From the NCBI GenBank assembly GCA_963666985.2, contig CAXXIA010000002.1:768001-832000 (forward strand): a stretch of 64,000 nt of DNA, read 5' to 3'. Both the position numbers and the translations under genes were made by a program. Source of the DNA: Spirochaetia bacterium. Its GTDB lineage: Bacteria > Spirochaetota > Spirochaetia > DSM-2461. Positions 9,349-19,216 of this stretch are shown piece after piece. The first letter of the stretch is position 1; each line of letters begins with the position of its first letter. Under the pieces are notes generated by a model that searched no databases, was not told the origin of the DNA, and was given only the letters and a program-made list of their open reading frames with translations.

Positions 9349-11304
9349 TTAAATCCGCATGGCCGCATGATAGCCTTCCTGGTTGGCGTGATAAAACGTT
9401 CTTCCCTTGGCAACGCAGTCTCCGATCAGATGGACATCCGGTCCGTATTGGGAAAGAAGTTTTTTCCCCAATGTATTTTCAGGAACAACGCCCAGGGCGA
9501 TAACACAGGTATCGGCCTCCATAAGAATCCGATTTCCTTCTTTATCCTCGGTTTCGGCCCCGCTGTCGGTAAAAGACAGAATCTTCCTCTCACCAATAAG
9601 TTTGACGCCGAATTGATCCAAATGGTCAAATAGATCAGCTTTATTGAAAATCGGCATTTCCTTACAGAAAGCCCCGGCGGGAATCATGTCGATAACCGTA
9701 ACTTCCTTTCCTTCCATGCCCAGCGTTAAAGCGCATTCCAGACCGGTTAACCCGCCTCCGCAGACCAGAACGGTCTTTCCAACCTCAACACTCCGTGACT
9801 CAACATCCCGGACCGTTTTCACGATTTGGTTGCCGATACCGGGAATCGGAGGATGAAGATATTTCGATCCGGTGGCCACGATAACGGCATCCGGATTCTC
9901 TTTTGCTATGATCTCGGGCGTAACTTCGTTATTCAGCCTGATATCGGCACCGCAGCTCATGGTCGTCCGGATATCCCATTCCAGATAATTTCTCAAATAC
10001 TCCTTGAACGGTGCCGCGGTTGCATCCTTCAGGAGTCCTCCCAGAGAATCGCCTTTTTCAAAAAGCGTTACGCTGTGTCCTCTTTGCATCAGGGTTTGAG
10101 CGGCCATCATTCCGCCGGGGCCGCCGCCGATAACGACGACTTTCTTTCTCATTTTCTCTTCAGCAGCTTCAATATTCCCGGGAATCCCCATCCTCGGATT
10201 GACGGCGCAGTGCATCGAAGTTCCGTACATGTTGGCATTTCCGCACCAGTCGCAGCGGGTACAGGGCCGGATTTCATCCACTTTATCTTCCAGGGATTTA
10301 TGAATCAAATCCCCGTCCGCCATGTAGGATTTCGCCATGGCCACGATATCCGCTTTGCCCGAGGCGATAATGTCTTCGGCCTCGGCCAGAGACGTAATAT
10401 TCCCAACCACGGCCACCGGAATCCGCAGTCTCTTTTTCGCCTCCGCGGCAAAAGCGACATTCAATCGGCGTCCTTTGAAATACGTGGGAATAGTGTAAGT
10501 AGCTCCCATTGTGAAAATATTTCCCCGGGAAACATGGATAATATCCACATACTCTTGAGCTTCCGCCATGAAATCCAGAGACTCCTCCAGCTCCAGTCCT
10601 CCCGGAGTATCTTCCTGAGCGGAAACACGGGCCTCAATCACCATTCCCTCGCCGACGGCATCCCGTACGGCTTTCAGAACCTCAAGGGGCCAGCGGCGCC
10701 GATTTTCGGGGCTGCCGCCGTATTCATCTGTTCTGGCATTGCTGTGGGGCGAAAGAAACTGGGCGATTAAATTGTTATGGGCGCAATGAAGCATAACCAT
10801 CCGGAAACCCGCTTTCTTGCACCGGAGGGCGCAATCCGCATAACGTCCTTTCATATATTCCAAATCGTCCCGATCCATCTCTTTCAGATTGGTTTCATCG
10901 GGATTCAGAGGACGAGAGGCCGAAACAACCGGAATCGGAGGACCGCCGGGATATTGGCGCGATCCCCGGCCGGCATGGGCCAGTTCAACCGAGATTTCCG
11001 CTCCGTTATACCGTGCCGCTTCTACCAGCTGATTCATTCCGTGAATGTTTTCATCGGAATTCACGTTCATCTCGCACAGCCATGCCGAATCGTTCTCATG
11101 TGTTACGGGCGTATCTCCTATGGTGACATAGGCAACTCCGGATTGTGCCTGCCACTCCATGAAATCAAGCATTTCCTGAGTCATATCGCCATTCGGCGCG
11201 CATTTTAAAACAACGGTCGGGGCATACTGGAGTCTGTTTTTCAGTGTAAGACCTCGGATGGTCAGCGGTTCAAACACATGGGGAAAACGGTTAATTCCCT
11301 TCAT
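9349..11304 (-). CDS. NADH:flavin oxidoreductase (Old Yellow Enzyme barrel + 4Fe-4S + FAD domain; BaiCD/FadH architecture)
   Basis: LKNRL, NARTDEYGGS.ENR, CTRCDWC...CAVNP, GGGPGG and GGGLTG. Confidence 0.9.
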   Translation of the reverse strand: MKGINRFPHVFEPLTIRGLTLKNRLQYAPTVVLKCAPNGDMTQEMLDFMEWQAQSGVAYVTIGDTPVTHENDSAWLCEMNVNSDENIHGMNQLVEAARYNGAEISVELAHAGRGSRQYPGGPPIPVVSASRPLNPDETNLKEMDRDDLEYMKGRYADCALRCKKAGFRMVMLHCAHNNLIAQFLSPHSNARTDEYGGSPENRRRWPLEVLKAVRDAVGEGMVIEARVSAQEDTPGGLELEESLDFMAEAQEYVDIIHVSRGNIFTMGATYTIPTYFKGRRLNVAFAAEAKKRLRIPVAVVGNITSLAEAEDIIASGKADIVAMAKSYMADGDLIHKSLEDKVDEIRPCTRCDWCGNANMYGTSMHCAVNPRMGIPGNIEAAEEKMRKKVVVIGGGPGGMMAAQTLMQRGHSVTLFEKGDSLGGLLKDATAAPFKEYLRNYLEWDIRTTMSCGADIRLNNEVTPEIIAKENPDAVIVATGSKYLHPPIPGIGNQIVKTVRDVESRSVEVGKTVLVCGGGLTGLECALTLGMEGKEVTVIDMIPAGAFCKEMPIFNKADLFDHLDQFGVKLIGERKILSFTDSGAETEDKEGNRILMEADTCVIALGVVPENTLGKKLLSQYGPDVHLIGDCVAKGRTFYHANQEGYHAAMRI

Positions 11305-11455
11305 CTTTCCTCTTTTACGAGAGAGGTATTCAAACGAATAACAAACGCGATAAAAATAGAATTTATTCTATATAATATTGAATTAAGAGATATTAAGAAA
11401 GACTCGAGCCAATGCCGAAGCATCGGCTGAATCGTAATTTTCTCTTAGAATAAGC

Positions 11456-13210
11456 TCAAACTTCAACGGAAACGTATTCAAACCGGCTTACGTCGAAAAG
11501 TCCCTTAGCCGTCAGCTTCAGCTTCGGGATAACGGGCAGCGCCAGGAAACTCACGGACATGAAGGGATCCATCTCGGAACGAACATGCAGCCGCTCATGA
11601 GCGATGGCGATGAGATTTTCAAGAAGAGCGGCGGTTTTCTCTCCGTCCTCGTCGGTCATCAGTCCGCCCAGGGGCAGAGGGAGAGTCCCCAAAGATTCCC
11701 CACCGGCGGCGGCCAGAGAAATCCCGCCCCCCTCGGCAATCAGATTCCGAAGGACGGCCAAAATGGCCTCATCGTCATCGCCGACGGCGATCAGATTATG
11801 GGAATCGTGAGCAATGCTGCTCGCCACGGCACCGCCCTGAAGGCCGTAACCTTTGACAATCCCCAAACCGATCCGGCCGGTACCTTGATGCCGCTCAACC
11901 ACGACAAGCTTCAATAAATCATTGAAAATCCCCGGAATAAACTTACCGTTCCCGCCTATCGGCACGTCCGTAATCAGCTCTCCGGTAACAAGGCTGCCGC
12001 TCTCCATCGTGATAACCCTGGCACGGCCGGAACTCATCATCAAATCCAAATCTTCTTTGCTCAGCGGAGCCGGCCGAACCGTATCGCGAACGGCGGTATC
12101 GTCACTCAGGAGGGGCGCCCGGAGAAGCCGGCCGCCCTCGGCCACGAGAACCCCTTCGTGGTAAACCGACCCCACCCGGAAATCTTCCAGTTCTCCGTCA
12201 AGGACAACCAAATCCGCGCGGCGTCCCGGTGCAAGGGCGCCCCGATCGTCCAAACCATAGGCCTCGGCGGCATTCAGGGTGGCCAGACGCACCGCTTCAA
12301 CGGCATCCAGTCCCAGTCTTACGGCCTTCCGAATGTTGAAGTCGATATGCCCTTCCTTAAGAATATCGCCTCCCAGTTTATCGTCGGTACAGAAGGCGCA
12401 CCGCCGGGCGAAAGCCGGTTCAACGCCTTTGATAAGAGCCGCCAAATCCCTGGCGGCCGTTCCTTCCCTAATCAGAATCCGCATTCCAAGCCGAAGACGT
12501 TCCCGCATTTCCTCAAGAGTGCCGCACTCATGATCCGTCGTAATTCCCGATATCGCGTAGGCCGCCAGATCGGACCCGGTCATGCCGGGACTGTGACCGT
12601 CCAATTTCTTGGCGGAACGCCGAGCCATGGCGATTTTATCGACGATGCCGTTATCGGCGGCGGCAACGGCGGGGTAGTCCATAACCTCTCCCAGGCCGAG
12701 CACTCTCGGATGGCCGATCAGCTCCGATAGATCCGAGGCTTCAAGCACGGCGCCTGAATCCTCCTGAGGCATGGCGGGTACGCAGGAAGGAAGCATGACA
12801 AAAACGGACTGGGGAACGTTTTCCGAGGCGGCCAGCAGCCAGCGGATGCCGTCCATGCCGCGGACATTGGCGATTTCATGCGGATCGGCAATCACGGTGG
12901 TGGTTCCTTTGGGAACCGTCAGTCCCGCGAAACCGACGGGACCGTGCAGAGAACTTTCTATATGGACATGAGCGTCGATAAGTCCGGGTACAACGATCCG
13001 GCCTCCAAGATCCGTTTCTTTACGGCCTTGGTAAGTCCCGGGCTTCCCTACGGCGATGATGCGCCCGCCCTGAATCGCCATATCGCCGGTTATCATCTCA
13101 CCGGTAAACACATCGAGGAAGCGTCCGTTGCACAAAACTCCGTCGGCCGGAACTCTGCCGGATGCCGCTTCAATATCGGCCTTGATGTCGGTTTTCATGT
13201 CGCCCGTCAT
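11456..13210 (-). CDS. ade: Adenine deaminase
   Basis: DAHVHIESS, DPHEIANV, DGHSPG, TDHEC, FCTDD, SIAHDSHN, LALPVIP. Confidence 0.93.
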   Translation of the reverse strand: MTGDMKTDIKADIEAASGRVPADGVLCNGRFLDVFTGEMITGDMAIQGGRIIAVGKPGTYQGRKETDLGGRIVVPGLIDAHVHIESSLHGPVGFAGLTVPKGTTTVIADPHEIANVRGMDGIRWLLAASENVPQSVFVMLPSCVPAMPQEDSGAVLEASDLSELIGHPRVLGLGEVMDYPAVAAADNGIVDKIAMARRSAKKLDGHSPGMTGSDLAAYAISGITTDHECGTLEEMRERLRLGMRILIREGTAARDLAALIKGVEPAFARRCAFCTDDKLGGDILKEGHIDFNIRKAVRLGLDAVEAVRLATLNAAEAYGLDDRGALAPGRRADLVVLDGELEDFRVGSVYHEGVLVAEGGRLLRAPLLSDDTAVRDTVRPAPLSKEDLDLMMSSGRARVITMESGSLVTGELITDVPIGGNGKFIPGIFNDLLKLVVVERHQGTGRIGLGIVKGYGLQGGAVASSIAHDSHNLIAVGDDDEAILAVLRNLIAEGGGISLAAAGGESLGTLPLPLGGLMTDEDGEKTAALLENLIAIAHERLHVRSEMDPFMSVSFLALPVIPKLKLTAKGLFDVSRFEYVSVEV

Positions 13211-13361
13211 ACGTACCTCCAGCACCGCACACTGCAGATTATTAACGGTCAGTATAGCACAAATAGGAAAACCTAATGGACCTTTCCAACAGAGGAAAAC
13301 ACAGAAACGGACCTAGCCCGTAAAATCGACGGGAGAATACGAACGGAAATGAATGGAGTTT

Positions 13362-13958
13362 CTACTTCTCCGCAGCCAATCCTTTCAAAAAAGACTCGAT
13401 AACCGATATGGTTTGCTGAGGATCGGCGGACGTAAAAATCGCAACCTTGAAAAGAAAAGCCTGGATCAAATCCAGAATCTGCATCGCCGTGGCTTCAATC
13501 GGAATGGAACGGATTTCACCCGAACGAACCCCCTCGCGAAGCATGCGCCTCAGCAGAAGATCCAGTTTCACCGTTCGGCGCCGTATTATAATGGGAAAAT
13601 CCCGATCGTCCCGCCGCTTTTGAAAAATATAATCTCCCAGACTTGTGATGAAATCACGGTTATGCCAGCTTTTAAAAATGATATCCGCCACGATGCGGCG
13701 AATTTGAGGCAGCACCGGCCCCTCAACCGCGGCATTTTCCCTGTATCCGGAAAACATTTCGTCGGTATAGTATTTCACCGCGTAGTTGAAGATTTCTTCT
13801 TTATCCCGGAAATACAAATAAAGCGTCGGCCGGGATATTTCACAGGCTTCGGCGAGCTGAGAAAGACTCGTATTTTGATATCCGTCCCTGGCAAAAAGCT
13901 TAAACGCTTGCCGAAGGATGGCAATTTTCCGCTGTGTATGATCGATAATCTTCGGCAT
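13362..13958 (-). CDS. TetR/AcrR family transcriptional regulator
   Basis: N-terminal HTH (GYQNTSLSQLAEACEISRPTLYLYFRDKEEI). Confidence 0.9.
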   Translation of the reverse strand: MPKIIDHTQRKIAILRQAFKLFARDGYQNTSLSQLAEACEISRPTLYLYFRDKEEIFNYAVKYYTDEMFSGYRENAAVEGPVLPQIRRIVADIIFKSWHNRDFITSLGDYIFQKRRDDRDFPIIIRRRTVKLDLLLRRMLREGVRSGEIRSIPIEATAMQILDLIQAFLFKVAIFTSADPQQTISVIESFLKGLAAEK

Positions 13959-14130
13959 ATCAATCCCAGTATATCCTTATTCGGCATAAAACTGCGACCG
14001 ATTTTTCTCTCAAGGCCTAAAAGAGAACAAAAGAACACCGATATCTCGGTTTTTCAAAACTCTTGAAAAACCATACGGTTCGCGGACAGAAGGCTCTTTT
14101 CGGACCGGCGCCTGTCCGTACGGGAGGGCC

Positions 14131-15303
14131 CTACCCCCGAGGGTCCACCTCGGCGGCATAATCAATTCCGTTCCAATCGAAACCGTGCAGCTTCAAGAAA
14201 TCGGAACGAAAGCCGGCGATATCCGTTAAGTTCTCCAGATTCTCGGTGGTAACATCCTTCCATTTGACGCTTACCGCACTCTGAACATCATCGCGCATTT
14301 CCCAGTCATCCATTCGCACCAGGCCGCTCTCGTCCCGAACGGTTCCCTCATTACCGTAGATTTTCTCGGCGAGCATTCGATACATCTGTTCAATGCAGCC
14401 TTCATGAAGATGTTTTTCCTTCATAACCTTGAACAGCAGGGAAATATAGAGCGGCACAACGGGGATAACCGAACTGGCCCTGGTAACCACGGCCTTGTTC
14501 ACCGAGACAAAGGCTTCGCCGCCGATACCCTGCAGAGCCGAATTGAGCTCTCCGGCGGTTTTCTCCAAATGTTCTTTCGCGGCACCGATGGTTCCGGCCC
14601 TATAGACGGCATGGGTAACCTCCGGACCGATGTAGGAATAGGCCATGGTTTTGGCCCCTTCGGCCAAAACACCGGCATCCAGAAGAGCTTGAATCCAAAG
14701 CCTCCAGTCTTCACCGCCCATAACCCGGACGGTATTCGCCGCTTCATCACCTTCAGCGGGGGCGACGCTCGCCTCCCCGACGGTTCCTTTCACGAAATCG
14801 ACGGACTTGGCCGTGTACGTTGTTCCCAAGGGTTTAAGAACCGATTTGTACTGTACTCCGGTATCCGGATCGATCCGGACGGGAGAGGCGATGGAATAAA
14901 CCACCAGATCCGCTTGACCGAAAAGATCCTTGATTCTGCTTATCACGGCGTTTCGGGTTTCATGGGAGAAGGCATCCGCATTCAGACTCTCCGCGGTCAA
15001 ACCGGCGGCCCGGGCGGCCTGGTCGAAATACTTATTGTTATACCATCCCGGACTGGCGGGTTTGCGATCCGTAGGCTCCCGTTCGAAAGACACGTTCAGC
15101 GTACCGGCACCGGCTCCGAACGCCGCGGCGATGCGGGTAGCCAGACCGTAGCCGGTGGATCCTCCGATAACCAGAACGCGTTTCGGCATGTTGATGGGCG
15201 GCTTTCCCTTAATGAAGGCAATCTGCTCTTCGAGTGACTTTTTCAAACCGTCGGGATGAGCGGTTAAACAAACCCCGCCGATGATTTTAGGTTCCAGTAC
15301 CAT
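14131..15303 (-). CDS. fabV: Enoyl-ACP / trans-2-enoyl-CoA reductase FabV
   Basis: GGSTGYGLA, VMGGEDW, YSYIGP, Y-x8-K-type region, HEGCIEQ; GGAGG RBS before ATG 15303. Confidence 0.93.
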   Translation of the reverse strand: MVLEPKIIGGVCLTAHPDGLKKSLEEQIAFIKGKPPINMPKRVLVIGGSTGYGLATRIAAAFGAGAGTLNVSFEREPTDRKPASPGWYNNKYFDQAARAAGLTAESLNADAFSHETRNAVISRIKDLFGQADLVVYSIASPVRIDPDTGVQYKSVLKPLGTTYTAKSVDFVKGTVGEASVAPAEGDEAANTVRVMGGEDWRLWIQALLDAGVLAEGAKTMAYSYIGPEVTHAVYRAGTIGAAKEHLEKTAGELNSALQGIGGEAFVSVNKAVVTRASSVIPVVPLYISLLFKVMKEKHLHEGCIEQMYRMLAEKIYGNEGTVRDESGLVRMDDWEMRDDVQSAVSVKWKDVTTENLENLTDIAGFRSDFLKLHGFDWNGIDYAAEVDPRG

Positions 15304-15461
15304 TATTGATGCCTCCATGCTGCTCGGCCGTGCTTTGCGTGCTTGCTTCGCATCGGCTTGGGATTTTCATATTTCGATTATTCTTTCCGATCTTCCGGTT
15401 CGCCGTCAAATACCGGCAAAACAAACCGGGAATCATTCACAGGCGTCTTTCCGGCAGGCTT

Positions 15462-15878
15462 CTAGGCATCGCCGAGAAGACAAAGCCAGGAGGCCTCGGC
15501 GGCCACTTGGTCGCCCACATAAGCCTTGCCCGACTGACGGATTCCGCGGGTGGAAACCTGAACATTCTCAATTTCGAACCGGACTTCATCACCCGGTACC
15601 ACCTGTTTGCGGAATTTGACTTTATCCACGGTGGCCAAAAAAAAGAGTTTCGCTTCCACAAGCCCCGCCTGCATGGCACCGGCACCGCCGCATTGAGCCA
15701 TGGACTCCACCAGAATAACTCCCGGAACCACGGGATATTGAGGAAAATGACCTTTAAAAAAGAAATCCTCTTCCGTAAATTTGCGCTTCCCTACAATTTT
15801 CTCTTTACCGGCTTCAATGAGTTCATCGACAAAGAGGAACGGCTTCCGATGCGGAAGAAGGTCCGTTATTTCTTTCAT
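15462..15878 (-). CDS. fabZ: 3-hydroxyacyl-ACP dehydratase
   Basis: LPHRKPFLFVD, GHFP..PVVPGVILVESMAQ, FRKQVVPGD. Confidence 0.95.
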   Translation of the reverse strand: MKEITDLLPHRKPFLFVDELIEAGKEKIVGKRKFTEEDFFFKGHFPQYPVVPGVILVESMAQCGGAGAMQAGLVEAKLFFLATVDKVKFRKQVVPGDEVRFEIENVQVSTRGIRQSGKAYVGDQVAAEASWLCLLGDA

Positions 15879-15895
15879 TTTTATTCTCCTTTATA

Positions 15896-16060
15896 CAGCT
15901 GTTTCGCGAAGCGAAATAGCGAGCCAAGTAGCTGAATCGCGAAGCGATTTAGCGAACCCAGCAGCTGTTTCGCAAAGCGATTTAGCGAGCCCAGCAGTTG
16001 TTTCGCAAAGCGAAATAACGAGCCAAACAGCTGAATCGCAAAGCGATTTAGCGAGCTCAT
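15896..16060. repeat. Tandem array of five 33-bp palindromic units
   Basis: Units begin at 15896, 15929, 15962, 15995 and 16028; consensus CAGCTGWWTCGC-RAA-GCGAWWTAGCGAGCCMAG. Confidence 0.95.
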
Positions 16061-16138
16061 TTTCAAGGCCGCTCCGAAAAAATCGGTCGGGAGCGGCACT
16101 TCACGGCCCGGCATTTCGCGGCCTCAGATTCTTGCGAA

Positions 16139-17383
16139 TCAGTCTTCGTACTTTCGGAACACCAATGCTCCGTTATGACCGCCGAATCCCAGATTATCCG
16201 ACAGAACCGTCCTTAATTCCGCCTTGCGGCCGACATGGGGCACATAGTCCAAATCGCACTGCTCATCAGGCTCGTCCAGATTAATTGTAGGCGGAATGAA
16301 TCCGTCGCGCATGGCCAGAATCGACACGATGGCTTCCATACCTCCGGCGCCCCCGACCATATGACCCGTCATGGATTTCGTGGACGAGATGGGAACTTTG
16401 TAAGCATGATCCCCGAAAGCATTTTTAATCGCAAGAGTTTCCAAGGGATCGTTTGTCGGCGTGGAGGTACCGTGTGCGTTGATGTAATCAATGTCGGTCG
16501 GCTGTACTCCCGCATCTTCCAAAGCCAGCTTAAAACAGCGTTCCAATCCCTTGCCCTCCGCGTCGGGACTCGTCAGATGGAAAGCGTCGCAGGTCATGCC
16601 GTAGCCAAGCACTTCTCCGTAGATTTTCGCACCTCGGTCCAGAGCATGCTGAAGTTCCTCAAGGATGAGGATGCCGGCGCCTTCGCTCATGATGAATCCG
16701 TCCCGATCTTTGTCAAAGGGTCGACTCGCGGCCTGCGGGTTGTCATTTCTGGAAGAAAGAGCCGTCAGCTTGATAAAACCGGCGATGCCGAACGGAGTGA
16801 TGGCCGCTTCCATCCCCCCGGAAATCACGATGTCGGTCCGGCCGTATCGAATGGACTCCAGAGCCGCTCCCATGGCGTCGGTAGCCGACGAACAGGCGGT
16901 TACCATGGCGTAGCACGGTCCGTGGGCGCCGAACTTTATCGCGATATTCGCCGGGCCCTCGTTATTGATAAGCTTGGGTACGGTCATGGGAGGTACGCCG
17001 CGGGGTCCTTTTTCATAAAGAAGGCGGATTCCCTCCTCGGTGACTTCATAGCCGCCGATACCGTTGCCGAGAATCACACCGGTGCGCTCGGGATTATACC
17101 CTCCCTCATCCAAACCGGCGTCTTTCATGGCCTCAATGGCGGCGACCATGCCCAATTGAGTAAATCGGGCGAGCTTCCTAGCCTCTTTCCGATCCATCCA
17201 ATTCGAAGGATCGAAGTTCTTCACCTCACCGGCGATTTTTACGGAATAATCTTCCGTATCGAATAACGTAATCCGGTCGATACCGCTTTTCCCCGCTTTC
17301 ACGGCGTTCCAGGTATCGGCGATATTGTCGGCCAAGGGATTGATGGTTCCCATGCCGGTAACGACGACGCGTCTGCGCTCCAT
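16139..17383 (-). CDS. fabF: Beta-ketoacyl-ACP synthase II
   Basis: TACSS, NAHGTST, STKSMTGH, GFGGHN. Confidence 0.96.
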   Translation of the reverse strand: MERRRVVVTGMGTINPLADNIADTWNAVKAGKSGIDRITLFDTEDYSVKIAGEVKNFDPSNWMDRKEARKLARFTQLGMVAAIEAMKDAGLDEGGYNPERTGVILGNGIGGYEVTEEGIRLLYEKGPRGVPPMTVPKLINNEGPANIAIKFGAHGPCYAMVTACSSATDAMGAALESIRYGRTDIVISGGMEAAITPFGIAGFIKLTALSSRNDNPQAASRPFDKDRDGFIMSEGAGILILEELQHALDRGAKIYGEVLGYGMTCDAFHLTSPDAEGKGLERCFKLALEDAGVQPTDIDYINAHGTSTPTNDPLETLAIKNAFGDHAYKVPISSTKSMTGHMVGGAGGMEAIVSILAMRDGFIPPTINLDEPDEQCDLDYVPHVGRKAELRTVLSDNLGFGGHNGALVFRKYED

Positions 17384-17397
17384 AGAATCGATCTCCC

Positions 17398-18138
17398 TTA
17401 CATTACAAGTCCGCCGTCGACACGGATTACCTGTCCCGTGATATACGACGACAAATCGCTGGCCAGGAACAGAACCGTATTGGCGATATCCTCGGGGCTG
17501 CCCATTCGTCCGAGAGGAATGGCTTTGGCGTAATCGGCCTTCACATCGTCGGTCAGTTTCTCGGTCATGGCGGTTTCAATGAAGCCCGGAGCCACGGCGT
17601 TCACGCGGACGTTCCGCTTCGCGGTTTCCTTGGCCAGACTTTTGGTAAAGCCGATCAATCCCGCCTTGGAGGCCGAATAGTTGGTCTGTCCGGCGTTGCC
17701 CATTTGCCCCACAACGGAGGCCATGTTGATGATGCTTCCGGACTTCTGCTTCAAAGCCATGAAGGCCGAAGCCTCCCGGGACACCAGAAAAGCGCCGGTC
17801 AAATTCACCTTGATAACCGACTCCCACTGATCCAAAGGCATGCGGAACACCAAACCGTCCCGCGTAATCCCCGCGTTATTCACCACCACATCCAGCGGGC
17901 CCGCGTCGGTAATATCCTTAATAAGGGCTTTAACCTGTTCTTCATCGGTAATATTCGCCGAATGGAACGTTACGCCCGCACCGCCCTTGGCGGCGGCGTC
18001 CATGTCGCCCTTAAAAGGGCCTTCCTCAAAATCGCAGTAATGAACGGAAGCGCCTTCCGAAAGACACTTCATAATAATTTCCTTGCCGATACCCCGGGCT
18101 CCCCCGGTTACCAGGACGACTTTACCTTCCAGCAGCAT
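17398..18138 (-). CDS. fabG: 3-oxoacyl-ACP reductase
   Basis: TGGARGIG, NNAGITRD, GNAGQTNYSASK, APGFIET. Confidence 0.95.
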   Translation of the reverse strand: MLLEGKVVLVTGGARGIGKEIIMKCLSEGASVHYCDFEEGPFKGDMDAAAKGGAGVTFHSANITDEEQVKALIKDITDAGPLDVVVNNAGITRDGLVFRMPLDQWESVIKVNLTGAFLVSREASAFMALKQKSGSIINMASVVGQMGNAGQTNYSASKAGLIGFTKSLAKETAKRNVRVNAVAPGFIETAMTEKLTDDVKADYAKAIPLGRMGSPEDIANTVLFLASDLSSYITGQVIRVDGGLVM

Positions 18139-18274
18139 GTTTCGTTCTCCTCAAATTCGCGCTATCATCCGGCCGCGAAATAACGCGTTCCGGATCTCAT
18201 GACACCATGGACCGAACGTTTCTCGAACCTCCGGTTAAGGTACGGCTCCATCGGCGTACGGTTTACCTCTCAGG

Positions 18275-19216
18275 CTAAACCGGCACCCCTTCGGCGGCGT
18301 CAACGGCTTCGGCCGTACCCATGGGGATGCAGATTCCATCATGACCCGACTTGGCCCATAGGCCGGAAAGAACCTTTCCCGGCCCGACTTCATACAAAAC
18401 AGGCGGACGCATCGACGCTATCGATGCCGTTAAATCCACCCAGCGAACCGGATGAACGATTTGCTCCACCAAGAGATTCCTCGCTTCTTCACCATCGGTT
18501 ACGGGAGAGGCTTTCACGTTGGACCAGACCGGCTTCACGGGATTGGAAAATGGAATTCCCGTCAGGAATCCCTTCATTCGCTGCGCGGAACCGTCCATTA
18601 AAGGCGTATGAAAGGGACAGGAGACCTTCAGCGGAATAATGCGTTTGGCCCCGGCGGCCTTCAGGGCGTCGGCGGCGTTATCCATTCCGGCCATGGTTCC
18701 GCCGATGGCCACCTGAATCGGACTGTTCTCATTGGCGCTCCAGACATCTTCAAAATCCCGCAGAACCAAACGAACCGTCTCCGGATCGATTCCGATAACC
18801 GCGGCCATGCCGATATCACCTTTCTCGGCGATAATCTCGGCCCCGGCTTCGGCCATGAAGCGGCCTCTCGCCGCAACGGCCCGCAAGGCGTCCTCGGCGC
18901 CGAGCACGCCGGCATCAACCAGAGCCGAATACTCGCCGAGGCTGTGTCCGGCCGCGCCCGCGGATTCCATCCCCTCCTCGGCAAGAGCCGCCCGAGCCGC
19001 AAGACTCGCCAGAACAATGGCCGGCTGAGAATTCTCGGTGGCTTTGAGTTCCTCATCGGTCCCGCCGAAGAGTAACGCCTTCATGTCCCGTCCGCAGACA
19101 TCGGATGCCATGGCAAATAATTCTTTTACAGCGTCGTAACGCTGAAAAAAATCATGCGCCATGCCCGGTTCTTGACTTCCCTGACCGGGAAAGAGAAAGA
19201 CTGGTCCCGTTACCAT
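18275..19216 (-). CDS. fabD: Malonyl-CoA:ACP transacylase
   Basis: FPGQGSQ, GHSLGEY, PFHTPLM, EVGPGKVL. Confidence 0.95.
   Translation of the reverse strand: MVTGPVFLFPGQGSQEPGMAHDFFQRYDAVKELFAMASDVCGRDMKALLFGGTDEELKATENSQPAIVLASLAARAALAEEGMESAGAAGHSLGEYSALVDAGVLGAEDALRAVAARGRFMAEAGAEIIAEKGDIGMAAVIGIDPETVRLVLRDFEDVWSANENSPIQVAIGGTMAGMDNAADALKAAGAKRIIPLKVSCPFHTPLMDGSAQRMKGFLTGIPFSNPVKPVWSNVKASPVTDGEEARNLLVEQIVHPVRWVDLTASIASMRPPVLYEVGPGKVLSGLWAKSGHDGICIPMGTAEAVDAAEGVPV

Noticed and set aside
15896..16060. CRISPR array interpretation of the 33-bp repeats
   Set aside because: Units are contiguous with no unique spacers, and there are no cas genes in the window.
18139..18274. Possible hidden acpP between fabD and fabG
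   Set aside because: The gap is too short and no DSL phosphopantetheine motif ORF is visible.
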